Origin: a virus
Length of the DNA: 64,000 nt
IMG/VR virus record: IMGVR_UViG_3300027759_000050
Coordinates: 32,001-96,000 of that record
Reading direction: 5' to 3' (one strand)
Shown here: one piece after another, positions 39,335 to 48,347 of the stretch
How the letters are laid out: each line of letters opens with the position of its first letter
Position numbering within the stretch: the first letter of the stretch is position 1
Program-made: the position numbers and the translations under genes
Notes under the pieces: model-generated
What the model saw: only the letters and a program-made list of their open reading frames with translations
Databases searched by the model: none
What the model was told of the DNA's origin: nothing

Positions 39335-39621
39335 AGGTTTTCTTCATTTATATTCAAACCATTACTATGTTTGTTTGTTTGTGCATCGACATCCTGAAAC
39401 AGGCGTTTTTCCTGTTGTGTAGGTTCGTTGAATACTTTACGAGGATTACCACACATTACACAATTTGGATTGCCACAATTCAATGCATGTTTCTTGGCGA
39501 ACTTATGTGGTTCTTTAACCTGAACACCAAATGCTTTGGCAATTTTTGCCTGTTTGTTTACAGCATTCTCATCTTTGAGTAGGCGTTTGCTATGTTTGAA
39601 TTTGTCATCTTCATTGCTCAT
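39331..39621 (-). CDS. hypothetical Zn-binding protein
   Basis: CGNPNCVMCGNPRK. Confidence 0.75.
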   Translation of the reverse strand: MSNEDDKFKHSKRLLKDENAVNKQAKIAKAFGVQVKEPHKFAKKHALNCGNPNCVMCGNPRKVFNEPTQQEKRLFQDVDAQTNKHSNGLNINEENL

Positions 39622-39748
39622 TTTGTAGTGCCTTTATATAACGATACAAATATATGTAGTAAGCGAACCTTCTAGGTTCATGCACATGGTTTGGTAAATC
39701 ATCACCAAACATTTCAATCAACTCAGCACCAATATTGTCGTAATCCAT
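39611..39748 (-). CDS. small hypothetical protein (45 aa, not in ORF track)
   Basis: MDYDNIGAELIEMFGDDLPNHVHEPRRFAYY...; SD GGGA upstream. Confidence 0.6.
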   Translation of the reverse strand: MDYDNIGAELIEMFGDDLPNHVHEPRRFAYYIYLYRYIKALQNEQ

Positions 39749-39788
39749 ATATGTTAATCCCAAAAAGTTCGATATACTAAATACCTAT

Positions 39789-40439
39789 ATGATATACACA
39801 ATTTACAAGTCTGTCAATAGACAAAACGGCAAAGTTTATATAGGTTTTGATTCCAATTGGCCTAACCGAGTTAAAATACATAAATCTTCCTATAAAAAAC
39901 AAGATTATAAGTTCTACAGAGCCATCCAAAAATATGGATGGGAAGAATTCGAATGGTCTGTTGTATATCAATCTTTAGAAGAAGAACATACATTAAATAT
40001 TATGGAAAACTTTTTCATAAAAGAATACGATTCATATCAAAATGGATATAATTCAACATTGGGTGGTGATGGTACATTAGGTGTTGAAATGTCCAAAGAA
40101 AATAAATTGAAAATGAGTGTGTTGCATAGTGGTAAAAAATTAACGGCAGAACACATTGAAATACTTCGTGAAAAGGGTAAAAAATTAGTTGGTGATAAAA
40201 ATCCAATGTTTGGTAAAAAACTCACAGATGAACACAAAAAGAAGATTTCTAAATCCAGTAAAGGTGTATCGAAAGTTTTTACGGAAGAACATAAAAAAAA
40301 TCTAAAATGTCATAACAATAATTCATCCAAAGTTTTATGTCCCTATTGTGATAAAATTGGACAATTAACAAACATGAAGCGTTGGCATTTTGATAATTGT
40401 AAATTAAGTCCAAAGTCCTCTATAGTAACGGCCAAATAG
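39789..40439 (+). CDS. GIY-YIG homing endonuclease with NUMOD3-type repeats, inserted against the operon direction
   Basis: IYTIYK...KVYIG, YRAIQKYG, GYNSTLGGDG, KNPMFGKKLTDEHKKKIS, CPYC...RWHFDNCK; late-like CTAAATA upstream. Confidence 0.88.
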   Translation: MIYTIYKSVNRQNGKVYIGFDSNWPNRVKIHKSSYKKQDYKFYRAIQKYGWEEFEWSVVYQSLEEEHTLNIMENFFIKEYDSYQNGYNSTLGGDGTLGVEMSKENKLKMSVLHSGKKLTAEHIEILREKGKKLVGDKNPMFGKKLTDEHKKKISKSSKGVSKVFTEEHKKNLKCHNNNSSKVLCPYCDKIGQLTNMKRWHFDNCKLSPKSSIVTAK

Positions 40440-41081
40440 AAGCATAGCATTGTCAATACGATCCGAATGGACCTTGTAACCTTCAACATCAAAGTGACTG
40501 GTATCTTTATCTGTTTTCCTCATTTCAAACATACCATCATCTTTTGGAATCCATTCGTGGTCATGTACACCTGTATGGTATTGAGCATCCCAATCATAAT
40601 CAGGTTGTTCTTGTTCAAAACCCCAAATGATTTCATCAAGTACCCAATCCCAACGCTTGAAATGGTTTTCATCGGTGTCCCATTCATTTTCTTTAGGTGG
40701 TGCTTCAGTAGAACGGAGATTCAAACCTTCAGGTACATCTTCATCACGGACATATGGTGCACCGTGTTTACGATCCTTTAGTTGTTTCAACATTGGCAGA
40801 ATAATCAAAGCCAATGTTCCATCCATGTTCCAAGTATCCCAACGGTCAATTTTTACCTCGACAGTTCGATTTCTTTTTGAATGTACCCAGTGGCAAAACT
40901 TAGACAGAAGCGATTCTTCACCTTTGCTGTTTTTACTTAAGCGTTTACCAAATTCGTGTACCCAATCTGGTTTATCTTTAAATCCGTGTTCATCTTTTAC
41001 TTCTTTAACCCAAAAGCAAAGCATATCTGCAATCTGATATGGGCCAATCCAGTTGATGTAGGGACCAATTTTGATTTTCAT
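40404..41081 (-). CDS. conserved phage hypothetical protein
   Basis: KIDRWDTWNMDGTLALIILPMLKQL, RWDWVLDEIIWGF, FGRYYRGLW. Confidence 0.8.
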   Translation of the reverse strand: MKIKIGPYINWIGPYQIADMLCFWVKEVKDEHGFKDKPDWVHEFGKRLSKNSKGEESLLSKFCHWVHSKRNRTVEVKIDRWDTWNMDGTLALIILPMLKQLKDRKHGAPYVRDEDVPEGLNLRSTEAPPKENEWDTDENHFKRWDWVLDEIIWGFEQEQPDYDWDAQYHTGVHDHEWIPKDDGMFEMRKTDKDTSHFDVEGYKVHSDRIDNAMLLFGRYYRGLWT

Positions 41082-41347
41082 TACATACCTTTAATTTCAG
41101 GATTATCTTCGACAAAAGCAATCAATGCATGAGTAAGAAACTTAACTTGTTCTTCATTCATTTTTAGATTGTATGCATCACTGAGTATATGTAGGGTTTC
41201 ATGCCACAAAGCAATCTTTTTGGTTTGCTCTGAAAAATTGTTATTGATCCAAATCTCTTGGTCATTGAAACGAGCTAAGCCAATATTGCCTTGCATTTCT
41301 TCTGGTGTTTTGTACAACACCTCATAGTTTATTCCACAAATTTTCAT
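41081..41347 (-). CDS. small HExxH zinc-metallopeptidase-like protein
   Basis: LWHETLH followed by EEQV. Confidence 0.65.
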   Translation of the reverse strand: MKICGINYEVLYKTPEEMQGNIGLARFNDQEIWINNNFSEQTKKIALWHETLHILSDAYNLKMNEEQVKFLTHALIAFVEDNPEIKGM

Positions 41348-41595
41348 ATTTCTTCCCTGTTAGTCCAATTCTTCCTACATTCTTCTTCTGAGGATTTCAA
41401 ATACAACATACAATCAGAAATGTATTGTATTGGTGTAGTTTCAATTACAACTTCAACCGATTTGTCTTCAATCTTTACAATTGGAACAATTTCAACAATC
41501 TTTTGTTCTACAGGTACAATACAGGTTTTATTATCATCAGTGCAAGCATGAAGTAAAAAACAAATAAGCACAACGGCCAAAATTTTATCAAACAT
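41344..41595 (-). CDS. putative lipoprotein
   Basis: hydrophobic N-terminus ending in LHAC lipobox. Confidence 0.6.
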   Translation of the reverse strand: MFDKILAVVLICFLLHACTDDNKTCIVPVEQKIVEIVPIVKIEDKSVEVVIETTPIQYISDCMLYLKSSEEECRKNWTNREEI

Positions 41596-41597
41596 TT

Positions 41598-41930
41598 TTA
41601 GTTAATGTAAGGTTCACAGTTAACAGAAATGGGTACCAGAATTTTGCCAGCTTCTGCACGGACAGAAACATAGGTAACACGAGGACGCATTTTAGAAAGA
41701 ACACATTCACGGGAATGCATTGCTAGTTCGTTAGAGTCCATTGCTTCAGGACCTTTGTAGTTTTGCAACTTGTAGGTATCTGTTTCAACGGGCTTAGGCA
41801 TGTTGACAATAACGGTTGGTGCCGGTGCAGGCTTTGCAGGAACATTTACTTCCCATGCAGTCTTATTGGAAGCTGCACAACCAGTGATAAGAACAACAGC
41901 AGCAAGAGCTGACAACAATTTAACTTTCAT
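41598..41930 (-). CDS. putative lipoprotein; start revised to ATG 41930
   Basis: MKVKLLSALAAVVLITGC signal peptide II/lipobox; Pro-rich linker. Confidence 0.7.
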   Translation of the reverse strand: MKVKLLSALAAVVLITGCAASNKTAWEVNVPAKPAPAPTVIVNMPKPVETDTYKLQNYKGPEAMDSNELAMHSRECVLSKMRPRVTYVSVRAEAGKILVPISVNCEPYIN

Positions 41931-41944
41931 AATATACTCACTTT

Positions 41945-42169
41945 TCACAAAAAACGACCAGTATGGTCACTAACAAACTTTCGCACCATTTCATCATATG
42001 GTTTACCAAGATACATTGCTTCCCAAATCAAACGCAATTCATCTGTAGGATCACCCATTGGAAGACTACCAACAGATTGAAATACTGTATAACCTTTACG
42101 CTCAATGTAATCAATTATATCATCAGTATCAAAATCATCTAGATGAACTTCAACTTCAACATAAGCCAT
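41945..42169 (-). CDS. hypothetical protein
   Basis: SD GGAG; VEVHLDDFDTDDIIDYIE. Confidence 0.7.
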   Translation of the reverse strand: MAYVEVEVHLDDFDTDDIIDYIERKGYTVFQSVGSLPMGDPTDELRLIWEAMYLGKPYDEMVRKFVSDHTGRFL

Positions 42170-42171
42170 GA

Positions 42172-42429
42172 TTATGCTCCGAATGTAATCGACTTAACAG
42201 ATTCAATACTGAATGCACGCCAGCCTTTAATATCCAAATCAAACACAGCAACTGATGTTTCAGATTTAGCACGCTGAGTAGTTTCAGTGGATTCAGGCAG
42301 GTCTTTGACCGGCAGCCATTCAGGCATAAGTGTACAACGCATATTGCGGTCAGTACCATCTTTCTTAACAAAAGCCACTGTCACAACTTGGTCAGTTAGC
42401 AATTCTTCAAACCATTTACGATTCATCAT
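42172..42429 (-). CDS. SH3/Sm-like beta-barrel protein (WYL_2-type) common in T4-like phages
   Basis: VAFVKKDGTDRNMRCTL and VFDLDIKGWRAF. Confidence 0.8.
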   Translation of the reverse strand: MMNRKWFEELLTDQVVTVAFVKKDGTDRNMRCTLMPEWLPVKDLPESTETTQRAKSETSVAVFDLDIKGWRAFSIESVKSITFGA

Positions 42430-42440
42430 ATATCCTCAAT

Positions 42441-42671
42441 TTACAATTTACTCTTAATACTATTGATTAGGTCATTTGCCTGGGCAAAATCCCCGTCCTC
42501 GGGACCATCATAACACAAAACTCGACGATTGTCAAGCTCTTCGCTGTACATTTTCAAAAGTTCGGTTGCATATTCCCTGTCCTGCATAGGGGCCGACAAC
42601 CACCACGCAAGTAATGTCATTTCATCCAAACTCATTAGGTAATGTAGGTTTTTTCGGTCTCTTTTTTTCAT
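42441..42671 (-). CDS. hypothetical protein
   Basis: ATGA-coupled ORF in a minus-strand operon. Confidence 0.65.
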   Translation of the reverse strand: MKKRDRKNLHYLMSLDEMTLLAWWLSAPMQDREYATELLKMYSEELDNRRVLCYDGPEDGDFAQANDLINSIKSKL

Positions 42672-42868
42672 GCCAATGTGTCCACTCTTTGTCCTGTAGG
42701 ACGGTTTAATTTACGATTCATTTCAACACGCTGAGCCTCATCAACTTTTCGCTGTTCTTTGTTTCTAATTTCCTCTTGCACCAATTCTGTATGTTCTTTT
42801 TCCATTCTTTTACAGTCTTGCAATCTATACAGCTCATTAGTATGTGTTTGGAGTGAATTGATTTTCAT
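42668..42868 (-). CDS. hypothetical protein
   Basis: ATGA-coupled; charged helix. Confidence 0.65.
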   Translation of the reverse strand: MKINSLQTHTNELYRLQDCKRMEKEHTELVQEEIRNKEQRKVDEAQRVEMNRKLNRPTGQRVDTLA

Positions 42869-43164
42869 TTGCGGAATCCAGAACTGCGTAGAAAATAGTT
42901 AGCAAGCAAAAGGATAAAATTGATACCAGCAAACCAATAGTGACCCTTTGCAAGAGAATCCAGTGTACCCATTATCAAGATTCCTATTACAAGCCAAGTA
43001 ATCTCTACATTGTTTTCTTTGTACCATTCTGTAATGCTTTGAGATTCTGGTCGTGGCGGATTGGCAGGACAATCACGACCTTGATTGCAATCACCATGGC
43101 ATGGCGGGCAGGTCAATTCGTTCTCTATACTATCAGCAATCTGACGCTTTCTCCAACCACTCAT
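42865..43164 (-). CDS. membrane protein with Cys motif
   Basis: CPPCHGDCNQGRDCP plus two C-terminal TM helices. Confidence 0.7.
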   Translation of the reverse strand: MSGWRKRQIADSIENELTCPPCHGDCNQGRDCPANPPRPESQSITEWYKENNVEITWLVIGILIMGTLDSLAKGHYWFAGINFILLLANYFLRSSGFRK

Positions 43165-43514
43165 ACAGTCTCCAATTCTTCCGTTACGATAGTTGTTACA
43201 ATAGTTTCTCTTTCAGTAACAGGTGTCACAGTAGTGGGTCGACCAATATATCGTCCTTCTGCATTAAACTCGTTACAATTCTTTAGTTGATATGCGGTGA
43301 CATTGCGACCTGTCTTGAACACTTTAATCACGCCTCCATCACGACGGATATTGTATATATTAGTCGGCAACCGATACAGGACTGCCTCTTGGTCGGTGCC
43401 CTTGAAACAGGCCTTAATATCATCTGGTGATACAGGCAGGCCTGACAACAGGACAACAGTGATTTTTTCGTGGCGATTTTGTTTGCCGGTGCGTACTTTA
43501 AGTTTTGTAGCCAT
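43161..43514 (-). CDS. hypothetical protein (possible winged-helix)
   Basis: YRLPTNIYNIRRDGGVIKVFK..RNVTAYQL. Confidence 0.7.
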   Translation of the reverse strand: MATKLKVRTGKQNRHEKITVVLLSGLPVSPDDIKACFKGTDQEAVLYRLPTNIYNIRRDGGVIKVFKTGRNVTAYQLKNCNEFNAEGRYIGRPTTVTPVTERETIVTTIVTEELETV

Positions 43515-43529
43515 AATATATTCTTTCAA

Positions 43530-44699
43530 TTAAAAGGGAATCTCATCATCAAATGCCGGTGCAACCGGTTTTGCAGGTGTTGGCACTGGTTCAGGTTCAG
43601 GTGCATGGACTTTTGCATCAACCTTGCTATACAGGTCAAGGAATGCAGTCTTAGTTTCTTCATCGAAACGATTGACACAGAGTGTAATAGCCTTCATACG
43701 GTCATTGAAAATCGTATATGCTCGTGCAATGTGAACCAAACGGCGAGTAGAAATGATTTCATCTGTACCACCCTCTTTGAATGTCTTACGAACTGTATCA
43801 GCCCATGTAACCAAGCAGGTAACAAAATCTTCTTCAGCAATCAAAGGCTTCAGAATCTTTGTTTCAGTCTTAACATCAGGATAGTCCTGTTCGACTGTAA
43901 TAGGGAATCGTTCAAGGAATGCATCATCAAGAATTTGTGACAGATACTTACCCTCATCTGAACCACGACCTTTGGTGTTCGCAGTAGCAATGATATTGAA
44001 ACCGGTTTTAGGATGTACCAACTCACCAGATTTTTTGTTGTAGTAAGGTTTGCCCTCAAGGATGCCTTGCAAGCACATTAGTTTGTTTGAACCGCGGTCA
44101 ACTTCATCGATTAGAAGGACTGCACCGCGTTTCATAGCGATAATGACAGGACCATCACGGTTGACGACATTGCCGTTGACAAGAGTAGGACCACCCAGCA
44201 GGTCTGATTCATCAGTTTCAATAGAAATGTTAACACGGATGCACTCACGCTGGAGCTCAGCACATACTTGTTCAACCATAAGTGTTTTGCCGTTGCCAGA
44301 ATGACCAGTAACGAACACGGGATAAAACATAGAAGACTTAACAATATTGCGAAGGTCTTTAAAGAAACCAAAAGGGACATAATCAGGGTACTTTACGGGA
44401 ATAGAGGTGTCAGATTCATCAACCAGTTTAGGTTGGCGAAATGAAAGGACTTGACCAACTGCCATATCAACAGTTTCAAGCTCAGGTTCTTTTGCTTTCA
44501 CAGATACAAGACCTGGAATAAAGGGAACAATATACTGACCACGACCTGCACGGTGTTCAGTCTTAGTTACTAACCAGAAAGGATAGGTGCAACCAGATTC
44601 TTCTACAACATCAGAAATTTGGTCACGGGAAATAATTGCACCGACACCATACTTTTGTGTAGCTGCTGCAATAAACTCTTTTTGATTCTTATTCATCAT
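43530..44699 (-). CDS. MoxR/CobS-like AAA+ ATPase
   Basis: Walker A GHSGNGKT, ETDESDLLGG, Walker B LLIDEVD, ATANTKGRG, AFLERF, ISTRRL. Confidence 0.9.
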   Translation of the reverse strand: MMNKNQKEFIAAATQKYGVGAIISRDQISDVVEESGCTYPFWLVTKTEHRAGRGQYIVPFIPGLVSVKAKEPELETVDMAVGQVLSFRQPKLVDESDTSIPVKYPDYVPFGFFKDLRNIVKSSMFYPVFVTGHSGNGKTLMVEQVCAELQRECIRVNISIETDESDLLGGPTLVNGNVVNRDGPVIIAMKRGAVLLIDEVDRGSNKLMCLQGILEGKPYYNKKSGELVHPKTGFNIIATANTKGRGSDEGKYLSQILDDAFLERFPITVEQDYPDVKTETKILKPLIAEEDFVTCLVTWADTVRKTFKEGGTDEIISTRRLVHIARAYTIFNDRMKAITLCVNRFDEETKTAFLDLYSKVDAKVHAPEPEPVPTPAKPVAPAFDDEIPF

Positions 44700-44838
44700 T
44701 TTCTCCATCTACTGTCAGGCCCAATGCAGCCTGCACTTGTTTAATATCAACTTCCAACATCAATGCAATGTCATCAGGTTCATAACCATTATCAGCCATA
44801 TCCTGAATATCTGCGTAAACATCTTTCATTTTTGCCAT
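44689..44838 (-). CDS. small acidic protein (49 aa, not in ORF track)
   Basis: SD GAGG; MAKMKDVYADIQDMADNGYEPDDIALMLEV; first gene after promoter 44861. Confidence 0.65.
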   Translation of the reverse strand: MAKMKDVYADIQDMADNGYEPDDIALMLEVDIKQVQAALGLTVDGENDE

Positions 44839-44860
44839 ACAATCCTCAGTTAAAAATTAC

Positions 44861-44889
44861 ATTATACACCATTTTTCGGTATATGTCAA
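44861..44889 (-). promoter_or_regulatory. sigma70 early promoter
   Basis: TTGACA-N17-TATAAT. Confidence 0.85.
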
Positions 44890-44903
44890 GCACTTTTTTG
44901 GTT

Positions 44904-45440
44904 TTAGCCCTTGACAATATCGAAACTCAGTATAGGATGGCGGTGTCCCTGATTGAACATAGGTGCTCTAGTGGTTTCTTTCCATGTCCAGATTTCATTA
45001 AAACCTTCCTCTAATTTAGGAGGTTCATATCCTTGGATCATGTTATCAATTACATCCACTGGAATAACTTTACCAGCACGAAGGCTTAATCTTTGATTCA
45101 ATTCTGACCTGTCAGGTGTAGGAAATACCACAGCAATAATATAGTAATCAGACAACATAGCGAACTTTTTACGCCGACTGTTTATAGTAGTGGAGGTTTG
45201 ATCCCAAATAATATCCTGATTGTTTTCGCGAGCATAGATAACTTCAGCAGCCATCAACTCTACGGCTGCTGGCATAAAAGTGGAGAAAATATCACTATAC
45301 TCCCGATACAATTCTCCAGCCCATTTTTCAATGTGTTTGTCTGTAGAAATGTAAGCACACTCACTAGCCCATTTTTGATTTTGTGCCCAAGAAGATTTAC
45401 CTGAACCTGGAACACCAACCAACATATACAAATAACTCAT
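44904..45440 (-). CDS. P-loop kinase (AAA_33/PNK-like)
   Basis: LVGVPGSGKSSW, ISTD, IIWDQT, PKLEEGF. Confidence 0.85.
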   Translation of the reverse strand: MSYLYMLVGVPGSGKSSWAQNQKWASECAYISTDKHIEKWAGELYREYSDIFSTFMPAAVELMAAEVIYARENNQDIIWDQTSTTINSRRKKFAMLSDYYIIAVVFPTPDRSELNQRLSLRAGKVIPVDVIDNMIQGYEPPKLEEGFNEIWTWKETTRAPMFNQGHRHPILSFDIVKG

Positions 45441-45649
45441 TCTTCAACTCCGAAATGTTTTTTAATCTCTAGAATAGGATGTAGGTATTCTTCACCTGGT
45501 CTGCTCATTCTAACAGTATACGGAGCAATAATGTCAATACATTCCTGCACAATCAACTCGGCGAACTTTTCTTTGTCAAATGTTCGTTCTTGTCCGTTAC
45601 TATAACATTCAGTAGCCTGTTTGATAAGTTCTCGAATTCGTTCGTTCAT
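45437..45649 (-). CDS. hypothetical protein, paralog of 50171..50398
   Basis: MNERI.EL, KFAELIV.EC, HFGV.E shared. Confidence 0.75.
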   Translation of the reverse strand: MNERIRELIKQATECYSNGQERTFDKEKFAELIVQECIDIIAPYTVRMSRPGEEYLHPILEIKKHFGVEE

Positions 45650-45858
45650 ATCTTCACCTTTTTTACCTCGACAAAGGTCCTATTCTTAAAGTTCATTATC
45701 AGGCCATTTTTGAAAAATGCTACCTCATCACTATCTTGCCGAATGTAACCTACAGCCTTCACCGTCTTACCTTTAGGTTTATCTTCAAACAAGTATAGAT
45801 GATTGCAGGCCGAACCTGCCATCTTCCAATCAGTTGTTTCTTTTAGAATGTGGTACAT
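45646..45858 (-). CDS. hypothetical protein
   Basis: LKETTDW...NHLYL...RTFVEV. Confidence 0.65.
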   Translation of the reverse strand: MYHILKETTDWKMAGSACNHLYLFEDKPKGKTVKAVGYIRQDSDEVAFFKNGLIMNFKNRTFVEVKKVKI

Positions 45859-46168
45859 AACTTTTGATACCTTCAACGATAGCATTATAAACGGCACGAA
45901 CGGACATATAGTATTCGTAATTTACATTTTCCACATCTACATTTTCATATTGATTATAATCTTGAAGGTCGATAATATCACAGGCCAAATTCACTGGTGT
46001 TTTGTATGCAGCAGTGAAACTTTCACGGTCATTATGCCTAGTGAATCCATTTCTATTTGAAATAAACTCATACGACCTTTTGGTCATAAATTCAATATCA
46101 ATAGTTGCACAGACAATCAGGTTGCTAGCAATAAGCACCTGGTCTGCTTTTGATATAGGTTCTCTCAT
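45830..46168 (-). CDS. hypothetical protein
   Basis: ATGA-coupled ORF. Confidence 0.65.
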   Translation of the reverse strand: MREPISKADQVLIASNLIVCATIDIEFMTKRSYEFISNRNGFTRHNDRESFTAAYKTPVNLACDIIDLQDYNQYENVDVENVNYEYYMSVRAVYNAIVEGIKSYVPHSKRNN

Positions 46169-46413
46169 ATTAGGTCCAACTGAATTTGATATGATTGCTC
46201 TTTCATTTCATGGTCGAATATTCGTATTGTAGTACCAACACCACCACAATTTTCATTTTTCATTATGTGCAGGACATTCAGCAATGCTGTAGTTTGTGTG
46301 CTAAAAGGACCACACACAAGGTCTTGAATTGTTGTATTATAACCAACACCATTGACGATAGCACGAACCCGTTGCTTGTTTTTGAAACCGGGAACAATTT
46401 GTTTAGTACGCAT
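46165..46413 (-). CDS. hypothetical early protein
   Basis: SD AGGA; first gene after promoter 46444. Confidence 0.65.
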   Translation of the reverse strand: MRTKQIVPGFKNKQRVRAIVNGVGYNTTIQDLVCGPFSTQTTALLNVLHIMKNENCGGVGTTIRIFDHEMKEQSYQIQLDLI

Positions 46414-46443
46414 AAAAATCCTATTTACTGAGTCAATAGTGGT

Positions 46444-46496
46444 ATTATACACTATTCGGCATAAATGTCAATGGTATGTGTTGTTTTTAGGCAACA
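46444..46496 (-). promoter_or_regulatory. sigma70 early promoter with upstream TGTTG-N8-CAACA palindrome
   Basis: TTGACA-N16-TATAAT (46471-46444); TGTTGTTTTTAGGCAACA at 46479-46496. Confidence 0.8.
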
Positions 46497-46675
46497 GTCC
46501 TAGGGAATGTTTTCATCCATTCCACTAGAATGTCTCGCGCTTCATACCGGCCGAGTCCATACTGTTCCTGGATCAATCGGCCACCCTCAAACATATTGAC
46601 AGCACCAGATTCTCGGACAGCGTCCAGGAAATCGAACATTTCATCTTTCATATCATTACTCATATTAAACTCCTA

Positions 46676-47542
46676 TCAACCGCAGATAGCGTATTCCGCC
46701 AATTCTTTCCACTTACCATTCGGATTAGATTTCCGAATCTTAATCACTTGCATAAGAGTACGCAAGGACAATTCTTTGATTTTCTCGCACAGAGTATCAA
46801 TCAGCTCCATTGCATCCGACTTGTGAGTCATAGCAAAATCTTCCATGAAGTCTGGTTGAGTCAACAGGAAATGCATACGCTCGACCTTCTGCTTAGCAGT
46901 CATAGTCAAGTCAACAGCAAGCGAACGGGTAATGATTGCTTGGTCCATAGAACCTGAGGACAGGTTAGAGATAAACACCACACGGCCTTTGAATTCAAAG
47001 ACATTAGGCAGGTCTTCATCTTTAATATCTGCACGCCAAGAGATGATACGGCGAGAGTACGAATCGAGAGCAGCTTTGAGCAGATTCAAGGACACAGGAT
47101 CCTTGAGCACAGAGTCACAATCATCGAACACGATAACCGAATTGCGGTTCTCATACAGGACACGATACAGACCTTTAGGTGTAGAGTAACCTTTGATAAC
47201 ACGATACGAATTCTTGGGGATATTGTCGCCAACATCGAGCTCATCGAGCACAGATACATCATTGAAACCGGCGTCACGCAGAGCAGCCGACACAGTATGA
47301 GATTTACCAAGACCACCAGGACCAGTAACAACCACGGACGCTTGGTCGCCGTTAGCGAGCATAGTGACCATATCTTTCACAAAACCGAAACGCTGGTTGA
47401 TTGTGAATTTAGATTCAACGACAGGTTCTGCCGCATCGGTACGCTTGAGCATACGCTCTAGAGCACGGCGATTGGAACGCTTGACGGTTTTGCCGTCAAT
47501 GATAGCTGCAAATTTGTCGCCGAGAGTGAAAATGTTTGACAT
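46676..47542 (-). CDS. AAA+-type ATPase of unknown function; start revised to ATG 47542
   Basis: Walker A GPGGLGKS, IVFDDCD, NLLKAALD, FKGRVVFISN; SD GGAG. Confidence 0.85.
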   Translation of the reverse strand: MSNIFTLGDKFAAIIDGKTVKRSNRRALERMLKRTDAAEPVVESKFTINQRFGFVKDMVTMLANGDQASVVVTGPGGLGKSHTVSAALRDAGFNDVSVLDELDVGDNIPKNSYRVIKGYSTPKGLYRVLYENRNSVIVFDDCDSVLKDPVSLNLLKAALDSYSRRIISWRADIKDEDLPNVFEFKGRVVFISNLSSGSMDQAIITRSLAVDLTMTAKQKVERMHFLLTQPDFMEDFAMTHKSDAMELIDTLCEKIKELSLRTLMQVIKIRKSNPNGKWKELAEYAICG

Positions 47543-47642
47543 AAAATCTCCAGTAGTCAATCAGTTAAAATGGCAATTATACACGATTGGGACGGAAAGT
47601 CAAGCAACCACAGTTGTGATTTTTGTTGTTTTTAGGCAACAG
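47540..47642 (-). repeat. about 103-bp promoter/RBS cassette, copy 1
   Basis: near-identical to 48022-48125; contains both palindromes, TTGACT-N16-TATAAT, SD GGAG and ATG. Confidence 0.95.
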
Positions 47643-48024
47643 ATTTTTCGGTGCAGAATTCACCGAATTCGGCCCAAGTGCCATAAAAAATAACGGCGTT
47701 TTTATAGTTTTTTACAAGTACGAATTCCTGATAGATGTGGTATTCGTATTCTTGGCCGGCATCATTCGTATTGGTGGGGTAGAGATAAAATGCACCAGTT
47801 CCAATTTTGAAATGTGCAATCATTTGAGCAGCCAGGCAACCCATGCCGTTTGCTGTTTTACGGGTTTCACCAACTTGGATGCCATTGGTTATGGCTTCAA
47901 ACTGATTCAGGAATTCAACCAGTTCGGCACCGTGGCCTGTAGGATAACCATCAAACTGGCGGTACATACAAACCAAAGGTTCATCATTTGAATCGTAAAC
48001 AAAAGTCAATGAACGAGTACCCAT
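47632..48024 (-). CDS. conserved phage hypothetical protein flanked by direct repeats
   Basis: MGTRSLT, YRQFDGYPTGHG, NGMGCLAAQ, EYEYHI. Confidence 0.8.
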   Translation of the reverse strand: MGTRSLTFVYDSNDEPLVCMYRQFDGYPTGHGAELVEFLNQFEAITNGIQVGETRKTANGMGCLAAQMIAHFKIGTGAFYLYPTNTNDAGQEYEYHIYQEFVLVKNYKNAVIFYGTWAEFGEFCTEKSVA

Positions 48025-48125
48025 AAAAATCTCCAGTAGTCAATCAGTTAAAATGGCAATTATACACGATTGGGACGGAAAGTCAAGCAACCACAGTTGT
48101 GATTTTTGTTGTTTTTATACAACAG
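48022..48125 (-). repeat. about 104-bp promoter/RBS cassette, copy 2
   Basis: differs from copy 1 by one A indel and a GG/TA change near the end. Confidence 0.95.
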
Positions 48126-48347
48126 TTAGACTTGTCCTTTTAGGTCGTCCACTTTTGCATTGATACAGGTGCCTTCCAATGTCTCAATAGGAAATCCTGA
48201 TTTCTCGGCATTTTGAATCATCACTTTCTTTTGTGTATCGATAGATGCTCTGCATTGTACTTCACTCTTATAATGTGTTTGCGCCTGCATAAAATTGCAG
48301 CTTCCGTTTAGGCACATGAATAGTACCGGTATAAAAATTTCAATCAT
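48126..48347 (-). CDS. small Cys-containing exported/hypothetical protein
   Basis: IFIPVLFMCLNGSC...C...C. Confidence 0.65.
   Translation of the reverse strand: MIEIFIPVLFMCLNGSCNFMQAQTHYKSEVQCRASIDTQKKVMIQNAEKSGFPIETLEGTCINAKVDDLKGQV

Noticed and set aside
39750-40440. Group I intron around the GIY-YIG gene
   Set aside because: No interrupted host gene and no non-coding room for a ribozyme core; the ORF is antisense and free-standing.
43530-44699. Cobalamin biosynthesis (cobS) auxiliary metabolic gene
   Set aside because: No cobN or other cob genes in the window; a general MoxR-VWA function is more parsimonious.
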